IMG/VR virus record: IMGVR_UViG_3300024518_002726
DNA from: an uncultured virus (IMG/VR IMGVR_UViG_3300024518_002726)
Taxonomy: Duplodnaviria > Heunggongvirae > Uroviricota > Caudoviricetes > Crassvirales
Length of the DNA stretch: 30,638 nt
Reading direction: 5' to 3' (one strand)
The notes under the pieces are model-generated. The model saw only the letters and a program-made list of their open reading frames with translations. It was not told the origin of the DNA and searched no databases. The position numbers were made by a program, and so were the translations under genes. The number at the start of each line of letters is the position of its first letter. Positions within the stretch are counted from its first letter, which is position 1. Below are positions 1-8,672 of this stretch, piece after piece.

Positions 1-1679
1 CCATTAGGAAGAAGGAGATCTTCATCAATAAGATGAGCATATATTTTGGGAACACTTCCTTCGATGTTATTAAGTTGATAGTTTGCTTCAGTGGCCTCTG
101 ACGAACTCTCAATTATCAATAGAGGAGGAGTTTCAACTAATCTTTCATGGGAGAATTTATTTAAGTCTTCAGCAAGTAATTCAATATCATCTTTTATATC
201 ATCAGGAGCATCTGGTACAGTATCCTCATCTACCGTACCAAGTTTCTTACTCAGTGCTGAAAACTGTATAGCTCCGGGAGTAGCTCCAAATTGTTCAAGT
301 TGACCTCTTTGAGATGCTGTGTGCATTAACACACTATCCTCAGCCCACCCCCTTATCTCATCTTCAGTATAAATCTTACTCCACTTGTCCCTCATAGTTA
401 TCCATTCAGGACTTTCTTCATCAAAGTAATCATCTATAAGAACTCTTGCTCTAAAATCAATAGTAGCTTCTCTAGCAGCAGTTACATCAGGATCTACATC
501 GTTTGTCTTATCTTCTCTAAGATTTCTAGCCTTCCTCTTTTGAAGACCAGAAATTGTATCTTCACTTACAAGAACATTTTCACTTCTTCCTTGGGTGGGG
601 ATGAAAGGTGGTTCTCCTCTCACGCCCGTAGTATCTCTACTACCTCCCATTCCAACTCCTAAACCTTTCTTAGACGCCCAGTTTCCAAGCTGATCTGACA
701 GATAAGAAACATCCACATTCGTTCTTGCATTTGTAAGAATTGCCTGTTGTATTACGGGATCTGTGATCTCTCTCCTAGCAAACTCAGCAATACTTATAGA
801 GTCAATCTCAGCCATCTCTTTCTTTCTTTCTTCTTCAGAAAGATTGCTGTCAAGAATTATCTGATTTGCATCTTCTTTGAACTGATTCAAACGAGTAGCA
901 AGCTCAGGATCATTAAACTGAGAAAGCCTGACCATATCATTGATTCTAGATCTGGTCTCTGGATTATTCTCAAGTTCTAATCTGACAACTTCCTCTACAA
1001 GATGAGGAAGAACTTCATTTACACCTACTCTAGTAAAGTAACCGGGAACTTCAGAAGGAAGAAGATTAAGCTTCCTTATAAGACTATTTACAGCATCGTC
1101 ACCAAATACTTGCGAGAGTCCTTCTTGTGTAAAGTTCTCCTTTATAAATGCATACTTCTCAGGTTCTATTCTTGCAGCAGCTTGTTGAGCAGGAGTATTC
1201 AGATTTGAATATTTGCTAAAGGGAGTTACATCGCTAGGGAGGGGATGTACACCAGATACCTCTTCTGGAAACTGATCCTTATAATACTGTTGAATCTCAT
1301 AGAGAGGTTCTCCCGTGTAACCCATGTCCTTCAATTCATCAGTTATATTCTTGAAATATTCGCTACGCCTATTGTAAGGCTGTATGTCTCTCCCCATCTG
1401 TCTAGCGAGAGCCTTTACATTAGAGAGTTGACCATAAAGAGGACCTTCCGCCATAGTATCTATTTCTGATAGATACATCTCTGACATCTTCTCTACAGCA
1501 GGACGGTCAATATCAAGATGATCAATAGCAGACGCTACTGTACGTGCTCCAGTGAGAATCTCTTCTGCCTTCTCTATCCTAGATTGAGCTAAAGCAGTAG
1601 AGCGAGTAATAGCTTCAATAGGAAGTCTTGGTTCAGGTATGGGAGCAAGACCCCTTGCTGGTCCTAAACTAATTGGCAT
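1..1679 (-). CDS. Putative cargo/ejection protein 2 (partial; continues past window start; absent from ORF track)
   Basis: ATG at 1677-1679, 5 nt after the stop of the 749-aa gene. Reads MPISLGPARGLAPIPEPRLPIEAITRSTALAQSRIEKAEE..., and the same frame is still open at the window edge (...DLLLPN). Helical, charged composition; position matches the second cargo gene of crAss-like phages. Confidence 0.7.
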   Translation of the reverse strand, partial: MPISLGPARGLAPIPEPRLPIEAITRSTALAQSRIEKAEEILTGARTVASAIDHLDIDRPAVEKMSEMYLSEIDTMAEGPLYGQLSNVKALARQMGRDIQPYNRRSEYFKNITDELKDMGYTGEPLYEIQQYYKDQFPEEVSGVHPLPSDVTPFSKYSNLNTPAQQAAARIEPEKYAFIKENFTQEGLSQVFGDDAVNSLIRKLNLLPSEVPGYFTRVGVNEVLPHLVEEVVRLELENNPETRSRINDMVRLSQFNDPELATRLNQFKEDANQIILDSNLSEEERKKEMAEIDSISIAEFARREITDPVIQQAILTNARTNVDVSYLSDQLGNWASKKGLGVGMGGSRDTTGVRGEPPFIPTQGRSENVLVSEDTISGLQKRKARNLREDKTNDVDPDVTAAREATIDFRARVLIDDYFDEESPEWITMRDKWSKIYTEDEIRGWAEDSVLMHTASQRGQLEQFGATPGAIQFSALSKKLGTVDEDTVPDAPDDIKDDIELLAEDLNKFSHERLVETPPLLIIESSSEATEANYQLNNIEGSVPKIYAHLIDEDLLLPN

Positions 1680-1684
1680 ACACT

Positions 1685-3934
1685 TTATCCTTCATATTGA
1701 ATATGAAAATGATTGCTTTCTTGAACAACTCGCCAACCTTTACCTAACTTACTTTTCATCGCAGCAGCAAGTTTCCCTCTGTCTGTTCTAGATAGACCCT
1801 TATAACTTATATCAAAAGCTTCTCCAGTCAGATGTCTAGAGTTATCAACTCCACCCTCCCGTTCATTTTCTTCTTTACTTCTCTTCGTACTAGTTATTGT
1901 GGGTTTTACGCCGAGTGTATCACTAAACACTTTCCCTACAACACCAATAGCTCTTTGAGTTTCACCACTAGAAGTTGATGGGCTAACACCAGCCTTAAAG
2001 TTAACATCAAGAGAAGTCTTAAACGGCTCACTTCTTTTAATTCCGGGAGATGGTGTATTCTTCAGAGCCTCAATGAGATTTCCTTCTACGGGAGGAGGAG
2101 GAGATTTTCCTTCTCTTACTTCCTTTTCCATCGTATACCGCTTAACACCGGGATACTTCGTAGTCTTCAACTCTTCTACAAGATTAGAAACAGGAGCAAA
2201 TGTAGCACTTTCAACCTTCAGAGGACCAGCCTCCACCTCACCCATATATGTAAGTTTTGCTTTTGGAACCTCCATCCTTTTCACTTTAGGAGCACTATCT
2301 ACAAGACCAGCCTTACCAATCTTTGTGGAAGAGAAAGGACCAATAAAAGCCTCAGTTTCTGCCCTCAAACCTTTAGGGGCCTCTCCTGCTCGAATCCTTG
2401 CAGGATCAAATCCCATAGCCTTCAACTCTCTATCTGAATATTGAGAAAGATATGCTTGTCTTGATTCATCACTTTCAAAGTTAGACAGTGCTGTAGTCAT
2501 AGCTACCTTATCCATCAACGCTTGACGCTTTCGAGCACTTATTCTTTGACCTGCCTCAGCAAAGTCTATACCAGCATCCCGCACAGAAGCAACTCTAAAG
2601 TCAATATCTTTATTGATTAGACCTGTATTATAAAGATTAACTTGTTGTCTATTTCTACTATCTATTGCACTTAATCCGAGACGTGTTCGAGATTCAAGTT
2701 GTCTCTTCCCTGCTTCACGTTCAGTTTCAACATTAGCTTTTCTAGCCATTTCAGCACTGGCCTGTTTTGTACCAGTAGCGTGAGCTGCTTGAAGATATGC
2801 AGGAGTTGCTGAAGGATGTGCCATCACAGCACGTTGACTAGCTGATATATTAGCAAGTTGAGGAGTTATATCTTCCTTAGTCGGAATAGCAGATATAGCT
2901 TGAAGAGCACTTCTATCAGCAGGAGTATGTCTAGCAAGTTTAGGTTTAGGAGCAAATGCAGCACCAGCTAGATCTACAATACCGGGAACAAATTCAAGAG
3001 CATCTGTAAATCCAAATCCTCCTTCTTCCCTTTTGGCAAGATTTTTAAAACCGCCAGTAGTTTCAAGAGAATTTCTACCAGCAGTAGCTTCTTGGAGATG
3101 AGCAAGAGATTCTATTTCTTCATCACCTGCCCCACGAGCAAGTAGAAGTTTATGTGCTTTTGCAAAAGTAAGTCTTCCTCCTTTTGCCATCTTACCGTAG
3201 TTAACATCAGGAATTTCTAACCTATCGGAAAACACATAAGGCATAGCTCCTTCTGGACGACCAGAAAGTTCACCACCATATTCCCTTTTAGACCCCTTCT
3301 TAGATATAGATTTCCTAAGCATACCACGAGCTTCCTTTATAGTAGTACCAAGAAACTTTTTACCCTTGGCAATATCTGCACGAAAAGGAGCAAGACTAAT
3401 TTTCTTATTATTTTTGGACATAGAGCCTGCAATCATATTACGAGCTTGCTCTGGTGTAGTGCCTAACATCCTTTTCTTACTTTTAGTAGAATCTGAAGCT
3501 GCAAATTTACCCCTGTCTGTAGGACTAATATAAACCTTACCTCCTTTTCCCATTTGGAGATAATCAATAGTCTCTCCACCTTCTACCTCTACACCAAACT
3601 CAGGTAACTCTACTCCTCCTTTTCCATGTTTTGGGCCTTGAACCGACATAGCTCTCCCTCCCGCTATAGGGACCACCCCACCATCTGAGTAATTCATGAA
3701 GACAGGACTAGGAGAATACATCGCAGGATTTGAAAGTTCAGGAATCTTCCTCTCCTTTTTATCCGCACCGAGAAGTTTACCTATAAAATCACCACCGATT
3801 TTACCAATCATTGCACCTATAGGAGCAGGAACACCTATAGTTTGAAGACCAGCAGCAGCTACAGGACCTCCTATATCTCCACCAAGATTACGCTTCTTGA
3901 GCTTTCCTCCACGACAATACTTTTTCTTAGCCAT
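1685..3934 (-). CDS. Cargo/ejection protein 1-like (crAss) with C-terminal peptidase M15 domain
   Basis: Lies directly after the muzzle gene. Motifs GPKHGKGGV..EVEGGETI and VFSDRL, repeated xxxGG units and a Gly-rich hydrophobic stretch. The C-terminus ITSTKRS..N...GGVDNSRHLTGEAFDI...HFHIQ has the M15 H-x6-D + HxH zinc-ligand pattern. Confidence 0.75.
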   Translation of the reverse strand: MAKKKYCRGGKLKKRNLGGDIGGPVAAAGLQTIGVPAPIGAMIGKIGGDFIGKLLGADKKERKIPELSNPAMYSPSPVFMNYSDGGVVPIAGGRAMSVQGPKHGKGGVELPEFGVEVEGGETIDYLQMGKGGKVYISPTDRGKFAASDSTKSKKRMLGTTPEQARNMIAGSMSKNNKKISLAPFRADIAKGKKFLGTTIKEARGMLRKSISKKGSKREYGGELSGRPEGAMPYVFSDRLEIPDVNYGKMAKGGRLTFAKAHKLLLARGAGDEEIESLAHLQEATAGRNSLETTGGFKNLAKREEGGFGFTDALEFVPGIVDLAGAAFAPKPKLARHTPADRSALQAISAIPTKEDITPQLANISASQRAVMAHPSATPAYLQAAHATGTKQASAEMARKANVETEREAGKRQLESRTRLGLSAIDSRNRQQVNLYNTGLINKDIDFRVASVRDAGIDFAEAGQRISARKRQALMDKVAMTTALSNFESDESRQAYLSQYSDRELKAMGFDPARIRAGEAPKGLRAETEAFIGPFSSTKIGKAGLVDSAPKVKRMEVPKAKLTYMGEVEAGPLKVESATFAPVSNLVEELKTTKYPGVKRYTMEKEVREGKSPPPPVEGNLIEALKNTPSPGIKRSEPFKTSLDVNFKAGVSPSTSSGETQRAIGVVGKVFSDTLGVKPTITSTKRSKEENEREGGVDNSRHLTGEAFDISYKGLSRTDRGKLAAAMKSKLGKGWRVVQESNHFHIQYEG

Positions 3935-3939
3935 TTTAC

Positions 3940-6900
3940 CTACCTATTCGAAGGTTTATAACCAATTCCTGCTTCAAGTAGAGAAAGCTTCTTATTCAAG
4001 GTGTTATCGTAGACCAACTCGACCACATTGTACTTACTACTGAGTCTTCTTCGTTGTGCCCATGATGGAATTTGACTTGCCCCATCAATATTGGTCTCGT
4101 CTCTGAAACCATTAATTGACCATCTTCCCAGAGTTCTTCGAGCATTACCATTGGGTTGATCGAAGTAAGTAATTGTGACAGTCGTAGTATCTTGCCTGTC
4201 GTTATAGATTCGGAAAGTGTCAAAAGTCTTCTCTGTATCTTCCACCCCTACAGCCGAGACGATCCTAGTATCTATTTTTAAAGTACTTGCGGTCTTTTCA
4301 ACAGCAGGTTCAAGATTATCTGCGAAATGTATTTCAAAATTATAAACAGTCCCGTAGAACTTTCCTATATCTCCTAACCCATGTTCCCAGAGGTCTCTCC
4401 CTTTAGTAGTGATAAGAGGTGTGGTGCCTATAATATAGTGGTCTGGTATATACGAATGAAAGCCCTCCCAAGAAGAAACATCAGCTAAATAGCTTATTGT
4501 CCAATCGGTTGAACCGAGATGAGTGAGAAATAGACGATTCTGATCTTTATCTACGCCTACAATCACTTTTCCAGCAATTTCGATATTAGCTTGGAAGTAA
4601 TTCCTCACTCCTGCTAGGCTTATCTCAGCAAGTTTACCTGTATATAAGAAAACCTTCTGTTGCCCCCTATCTATGAAGAAATACCCAAACTGACTCATCA
4701 CCGCTCCAAGGGGATCTTGTAGACCTGCATATCCTCCTTCAGTATCAACTATTTCTTGAGGTGGAGCAGTAAATATATCGCCTGTACCGATGAAGGCTCT
4801 CTGATCACTAGTAACTAACTCTCCTCTAGCACTCATTATATGGAGTGTTTTCTCCATGTGGACTAAAAGCCTATTTTGAAAACTTGAGAGTTTGATTATA
4901 GCTCCCTTATTGCGGGGGAAATCAAATCTATCACTCTCTAAGAAAGTTCTCCAACTAGCATTAGCAAAACTCTTCTCATCCTTAAGACTTCTTATAATTC
5001 TAGTAGAGAAGTCTTCTACTTCAAACTTCTGAGAGTTAGGACCATAAGGAAAAGCAGGTTTTGTTGTATTAAGAAGTGAGTAGCTAGGATTGTAAGACTT
5101 AGGATTATCCCACTGTTCATAGAAAGAGTTCCACTCTGTATAGAAGTCAGCGTACTTCTGGAATACAGGGAATGCTGTGAACTGTGTTACATCAGGTACA
5201 GTTATATTTTGAATTTGAGGATAACCGAAGTCCTCTCCTTCTATCTCAAAACTAACTCTGGCATATTTACCAAAGATAACTTCTTCAATATGTCTGAGTA
5301 GAGGATTGTCTTTATATTCCCCTACCTCAAAAGATATAAGACCAATCGCTATTACATACTCACGTAGAGGATCGTGTGTGTCATCTACTGCACCATCTTG
5401 AGTATCATCTTCAAAACTAGGTTCAGTCGAATACAAAGAGGGCCAATCATCAAATATGTATGTCCATGCTCGATCAGTAGGATCTGCCACAGCAGAACCA
5501 AAATAAGTTGGATGGAAGAAGCTCCAAGGAGTTGCAGCAGAGAAGTAATAGGGAGCTATTACTATGTCTCCTCCTATTAAGTCCTGCACATGAGAACCAC
5601 CAGAACCCAGAGAACTAGTATCAGTCCTCATTACACCTGTAAATACAAGTTCTTGTTGGTCAAACTCATTGTGTACATCTTCTTTAAACTGACAGAGATT
5701 TATCTGAAACTTCTCTCCTGTTCCAAGATCATCTTTAAGCTCTATTACGTACTTGGACTCACACAATCTATTGTTAAGTCTATTCACAGTTCCGGGAGCT
5801 ACTGCTTCCAAATCTATGTTGACTTCATCCATTCGTACCTCACCATGATTATGAGGCACAAAACCTATACCCTTTATAGCATAGTTATCATTTATAGCAG
5901 CATATGTAAATCCACTTGAAGGTTCAAGCCATGTTGCAGGACCAAAAGTAGACCCTCCATATGAACTAGCAGGGTGAGAATATTCAGCTATCTTCTTTAC
6001 AAACGTAGCACCAGCTAGACTTGCTTCATTTATCAGAGAACTGAAAGGATGTATGTACACCACACTGGGTTGTACAATAAACTTAGCAGGACTAATACCT
6101 CCCGCTACACCATCTAGATTGAAATCCTTATGATATCCATGTGGCAACAGCACGCTGCCATCATTCTTCCACACTTGAGCAAGTTGTCTGTGTCTTGATA
6201 TATCTCCGTCCTTAGTAGCAGGGATGGTACTAGCTTGATCAAGTATTAGCTGATTGCTGTTATCCTTCTTAGCATAATAGATCTTATATCCAGTTACTTC
6301 ATTGAGAAGATCTCTATTACTTTGAGTAGGATCGTCTTCAGGTATCTTTATGTTCTTGATAACAGGAACAATAGGAAGTACAGTAGTCTGATCAGGACTA
6401 GATGAGGTATTTACCTTTACTGAAACAGTATCAATAGTTCCTATGAACTCATTGGTTGGAATACCAGCATCTAATTTACTAGGAAGTATTTCGAAATTGT
6501 AAGTCGTCGTATCTGGTCCAGCAAGTATTGTATCAGTAAATGCTTCTGGTCCTCCTCCTGTAACTGAATGTGGAGCACCACTTGTTCCTTTGAGTCTAAC
6601 AGTAACTCTAGATCCAGCGTTAGCATCTATAGTAAAAGCAATATCGTAGTATACTCCTTCTATAAGATCCACACTCTGGGATAGCACATTAAGCTCTATA
6701 TCAGTCTGACCTGTCATGTCACAGTATGCTTTACTTGCAACTGCACCATCTATATCCCATTCTCCATCAGGAACCCAATAAGCCATACCATCGAATCCAC
6801 CATTCTTTACTAGGTTAGGATCACTAGCTCCTCCAGCATCAGGAATAGCATAGTATGGATAATCAAAGTTTTCAGGCATCCTGTGATGTCTTACATTCTT

Positions 6901-8319
6901 ATTACGGAGAGTTGGTTTACTTGCATGAACAATACCTACACCAGAACTGTTTACATCATATACATTATAGTCATCTGTATTTGGATAGAACTCATTTGCA
7001 TTTTCCCAAAAACCTGTATTAAGAACACCAGTATCTCCAGATACAGTACCTTTTCTAGCATTTATCTGCCAATCGAATATATCCTGTCCTATCTTATCTC
7101 TTACATTACCAGAGGTAATCGAAGTATCTTCACTGTTTCCCGGATCTAATTCTCTTCCCGGTATGTGATAAGCCTTTGTTTCTGTACCATCCTTCAGAAG
7201 CCAGCTTATATATACAGCAACAACCTCTCCTCTTCTAAAGGTTCTGAACTTGTGTAGATATATAGGATTGAGATACTTCTTCAGTCTATTGTTCTCTGTA
7301 ACTTCAGGAAGAACATCTCCGTGAACCGATTCTATAACAAGTTCTATGTTATTAGCATATTTTTGATATCCTATATCTAAATTTCTATCTAGATTACCGA
7401 GATAAAGAGTACCGTCAATTTGAGCTATTGCTTCAGCTTTAGAGTAACTAGCTTGATCAATTATCACCTCATCTATAGATCCCGGTATATAACTCTCTCC
7501 TCCCGTGTAGTTATAGTGCAGTTGACTACTTGAAGATATAGTTCTATCTGGAAGTATAGTTACAGTTATGCTATCTTTAATTACTGCAACCCTTAATGAG
7601 TCAAAATTGCCATCCAAATTCGCAACATTGAACTCAATAGTAGCTCCTGTCTTACTTTCAGGTGGATCTCCATCATAATTAAGAAGTGTATTGTCAACTC
7701 CTTTTGCTACATAGATAGGATTACTTACATAGAGATAATTGGTAACTGATAGATCTGACCCTACGTATGCCAAGGCAAACTGATATGCCCCTGCCTCAAG
7801 AAGTCCACCAGTAGATTGAATCTGTTCAAATGTGAACAGAGGTGGATCATTCACTAGGGGAAAGATACGAGTATTGTCACCAGTGGGAGGTGCAGGCAGA
7901 TTATCGATATTGATAAAGCCGGGAGGTCCATTATCCCTCACCCAGTAGACTTCAACCTCTCCTTTTATATTAACTCTGAACTCAGCCTGAATAGGACTTG
8001 AGGGAACAAAGTCAAGATCTGTTGAGGTGGCGAAAATGATTGTATAGGCATCTGCACCTATATCATATACACCTATCTCAGAGGGATTTGGACTGACTAC
8101 AGCAGTCTGACAGGAGAATATTACGACTCTATCATCATTAAGAGAAATAGAGCCTATTACCTCATATCCTATAGGGACTTGTTCCAGAAGTGAAGTCCCA
8201 ACCTCAGTTACTACAGCACCTCTCTCCTTATTAAGTCCTCCATTGAGAAGCCATCTATAAGTGTTCTGAGGTTGAAATAGGATATCATTATCTAAGTGAA
8301 GTCCTTTATCGAATCTCAT
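3940..8319 (-). CDS. Muzzle / tail stabilization protein (P22 gp10-like, crAss type)
   Basis: 1459 aa, beta-rich. N-terminal FDKGLHLD..QPQNTYRWLLNG, plus RTFRRGEVVAVYI, AYHIPGR, VRHHRMP, GYAGLQ, FGYFFID and SWEGFHSYIPD, typical of crAss stabilization proteins; syntenic position before the cargo genes. Confidence 0.85.
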   Translation of the reverse strand: MRFDKGLHLDNDILFQPQNTYRWLLNGGLNKERGAVVTEVGTSLLEQVPIGYEVIGSISLNDDRVVIFSCQTAVVSPNPSEIGVYDIGADAYTIIFATSTDLDFVPSSPIQAEFRVNIKGEVEVYWVRDNGPPGFINIDNLPAPPTGDNTRIFPLVNDPPLFTFEQIQSTGGLLEAGAYQFALAYVGSDLSVTNYLYVSNPIYVAKGVDNTLLNYDGDPPESKTGATIEFNVANLDGNFDSLRVAVIKDSITVTILPDRTISSSSQLHYNYTGGESYIPGSIDEVIIDQASYSKAEAIAQIDGTLYLGNLDRNLDIGYQKYANNIELVIESVHGDVLPEVTENNRLKKYLNPIYLHKFRTFRRGEVVAVYISWLLKDGTETKAYHIPGRELDPGNSEDTSITSGNVRDKIGQDIFDWQINARKGTVSGDTGVLNTGFWENANEFYPNTDDYNVYDVNSSGVGIVHASKPTLRNKNVRHHRMPENFDYPYYAIPDAGGASDPNLVKNGGFDGMAYWVPDGEWDIDGAVASKAYCDMTGQTDIELNVLSQSVDLIEGVYYDIAFTIDANAGSRVTVRLKGTSGAPHSVTGGGPEAFTDTILAGPDTTTYNFEILPSKLDAGIPTNEFIGTIDTVSVKVNTSSSPDQTTVLPIVPVIKNIKIPEDDPTQSNRDLLNEVTGYKIYYAKKDNSNQLILDQASTIPATKDGDISRHRQLAQVWKNDGSVLLPHGYHKDFNLDGVAGGISPAKFIVQPSVVYIHPFSSLINEASLAGATFVKKIAEYSHPASSYGGSTFGPATWLEPSSGFTYAAINDNYAIKGIGFVPHNHGEVRMDEVNIDLEAVAPGTVNRLNNRLCESKYVIELKDDLGTGEKFQINLCQFKEDVHNEFDQQELVFTGVMRTDTSSLGSGGSHVQDLIGGDIVIAPYYFSAATPWSFFHPTYFGSAVADPTDRAWTYIFDDWPSLYSTEPSFEDDTQDGAVDDTHDPLREYVIAIGLISFEVGEYKDNPLLRHIEEVIFGKYARVSFEIEGEDFGYPQIQNITVPDVTQFTAFPVFQKYADFYTEWNSFYEQWDNPKSYNPSYSLLNTTKPAFPYGPNSQKFEVEDFSTRIIRSLKDEKSFANASWRTFLESDRFDFPRNKGAIIKLSSFQNRLLVHMEKTLHIMSARGELVTSDQRAFIGTGDIFTAPPQEIVDTEGGYAGLQDPLGAVMSQFGYFFIDRGQQKVFLYTGKLAEISLAGVRNYFQANIEIAGKVIVGVDKDQNRLFLTHLGSTDWTISYLADVSSWEGFHSYIPDHYIIGTTPLITTKGRDLWEHGLGDIGKFYGTVYNFEIHFADNLEPAVEKTASTLKIDTRIVSAVGVEDTEKTFDTFRIYNDRQDTTTVTITYFDQPNGNARRTLGRWSINGFRDETNIDGASQIPSWAQRRRLSSKYNVVELVYDNTLNKKLSLLEAGIGYKPSNR

Positions 8320-8672
8320 TGTCCACCACGATCAAAACCCTCTCCCGTTTCTATATCAGTACTCGTCTCTACAACCCCAAGGTGTCCACCGTGGATCATA
8401 TCTTGGTTGTCTGTAAATAGTACGAAACGTGTAGCCGTAAGAGCACTTATGAGAATCCTCCATGCATCCAGACTCTGATTAGCGTCATAGGGATAGTGGG
8501 GAGAGGCTACATCATAATCAAAAGGATCTAGATATTCTTCAGTGCTTGCAGGAATAACTTCATTTGGTCCTCTAGTTACACAAGCAAGAATACCCGGCCT
8601 TAAGACTTCAATTATGTGAGGATCTACATCTCGCAGAACATATCTATTCTGCCATACTTTTTGATTAGGCAT
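8316..8672 (-). CDS. Hypothetical protein (tail module)
   Basis: 118 aa; short overlaps with both neighbours (ATGA overlap with the muzzle start). Confidence 0.6.
   Translation of the reverse strand: MPNQKVWQNRYVLRDVDPHIIEVLRPGILACVTRGPNEVIPASTEEYLDPFDYDVASPHYPYDANQSLDAWRILISALTATRFVLFTDNQDMIHGGHLGVVETSTDIETGEGFDRGGQ

Noticed and set aside
1..1679. Virion RNA polymerase subunit
   Set aside because: No DxDxD catalytic motif was recognised in the part read; the large polymerase genes are expected further downstream, outside the window.
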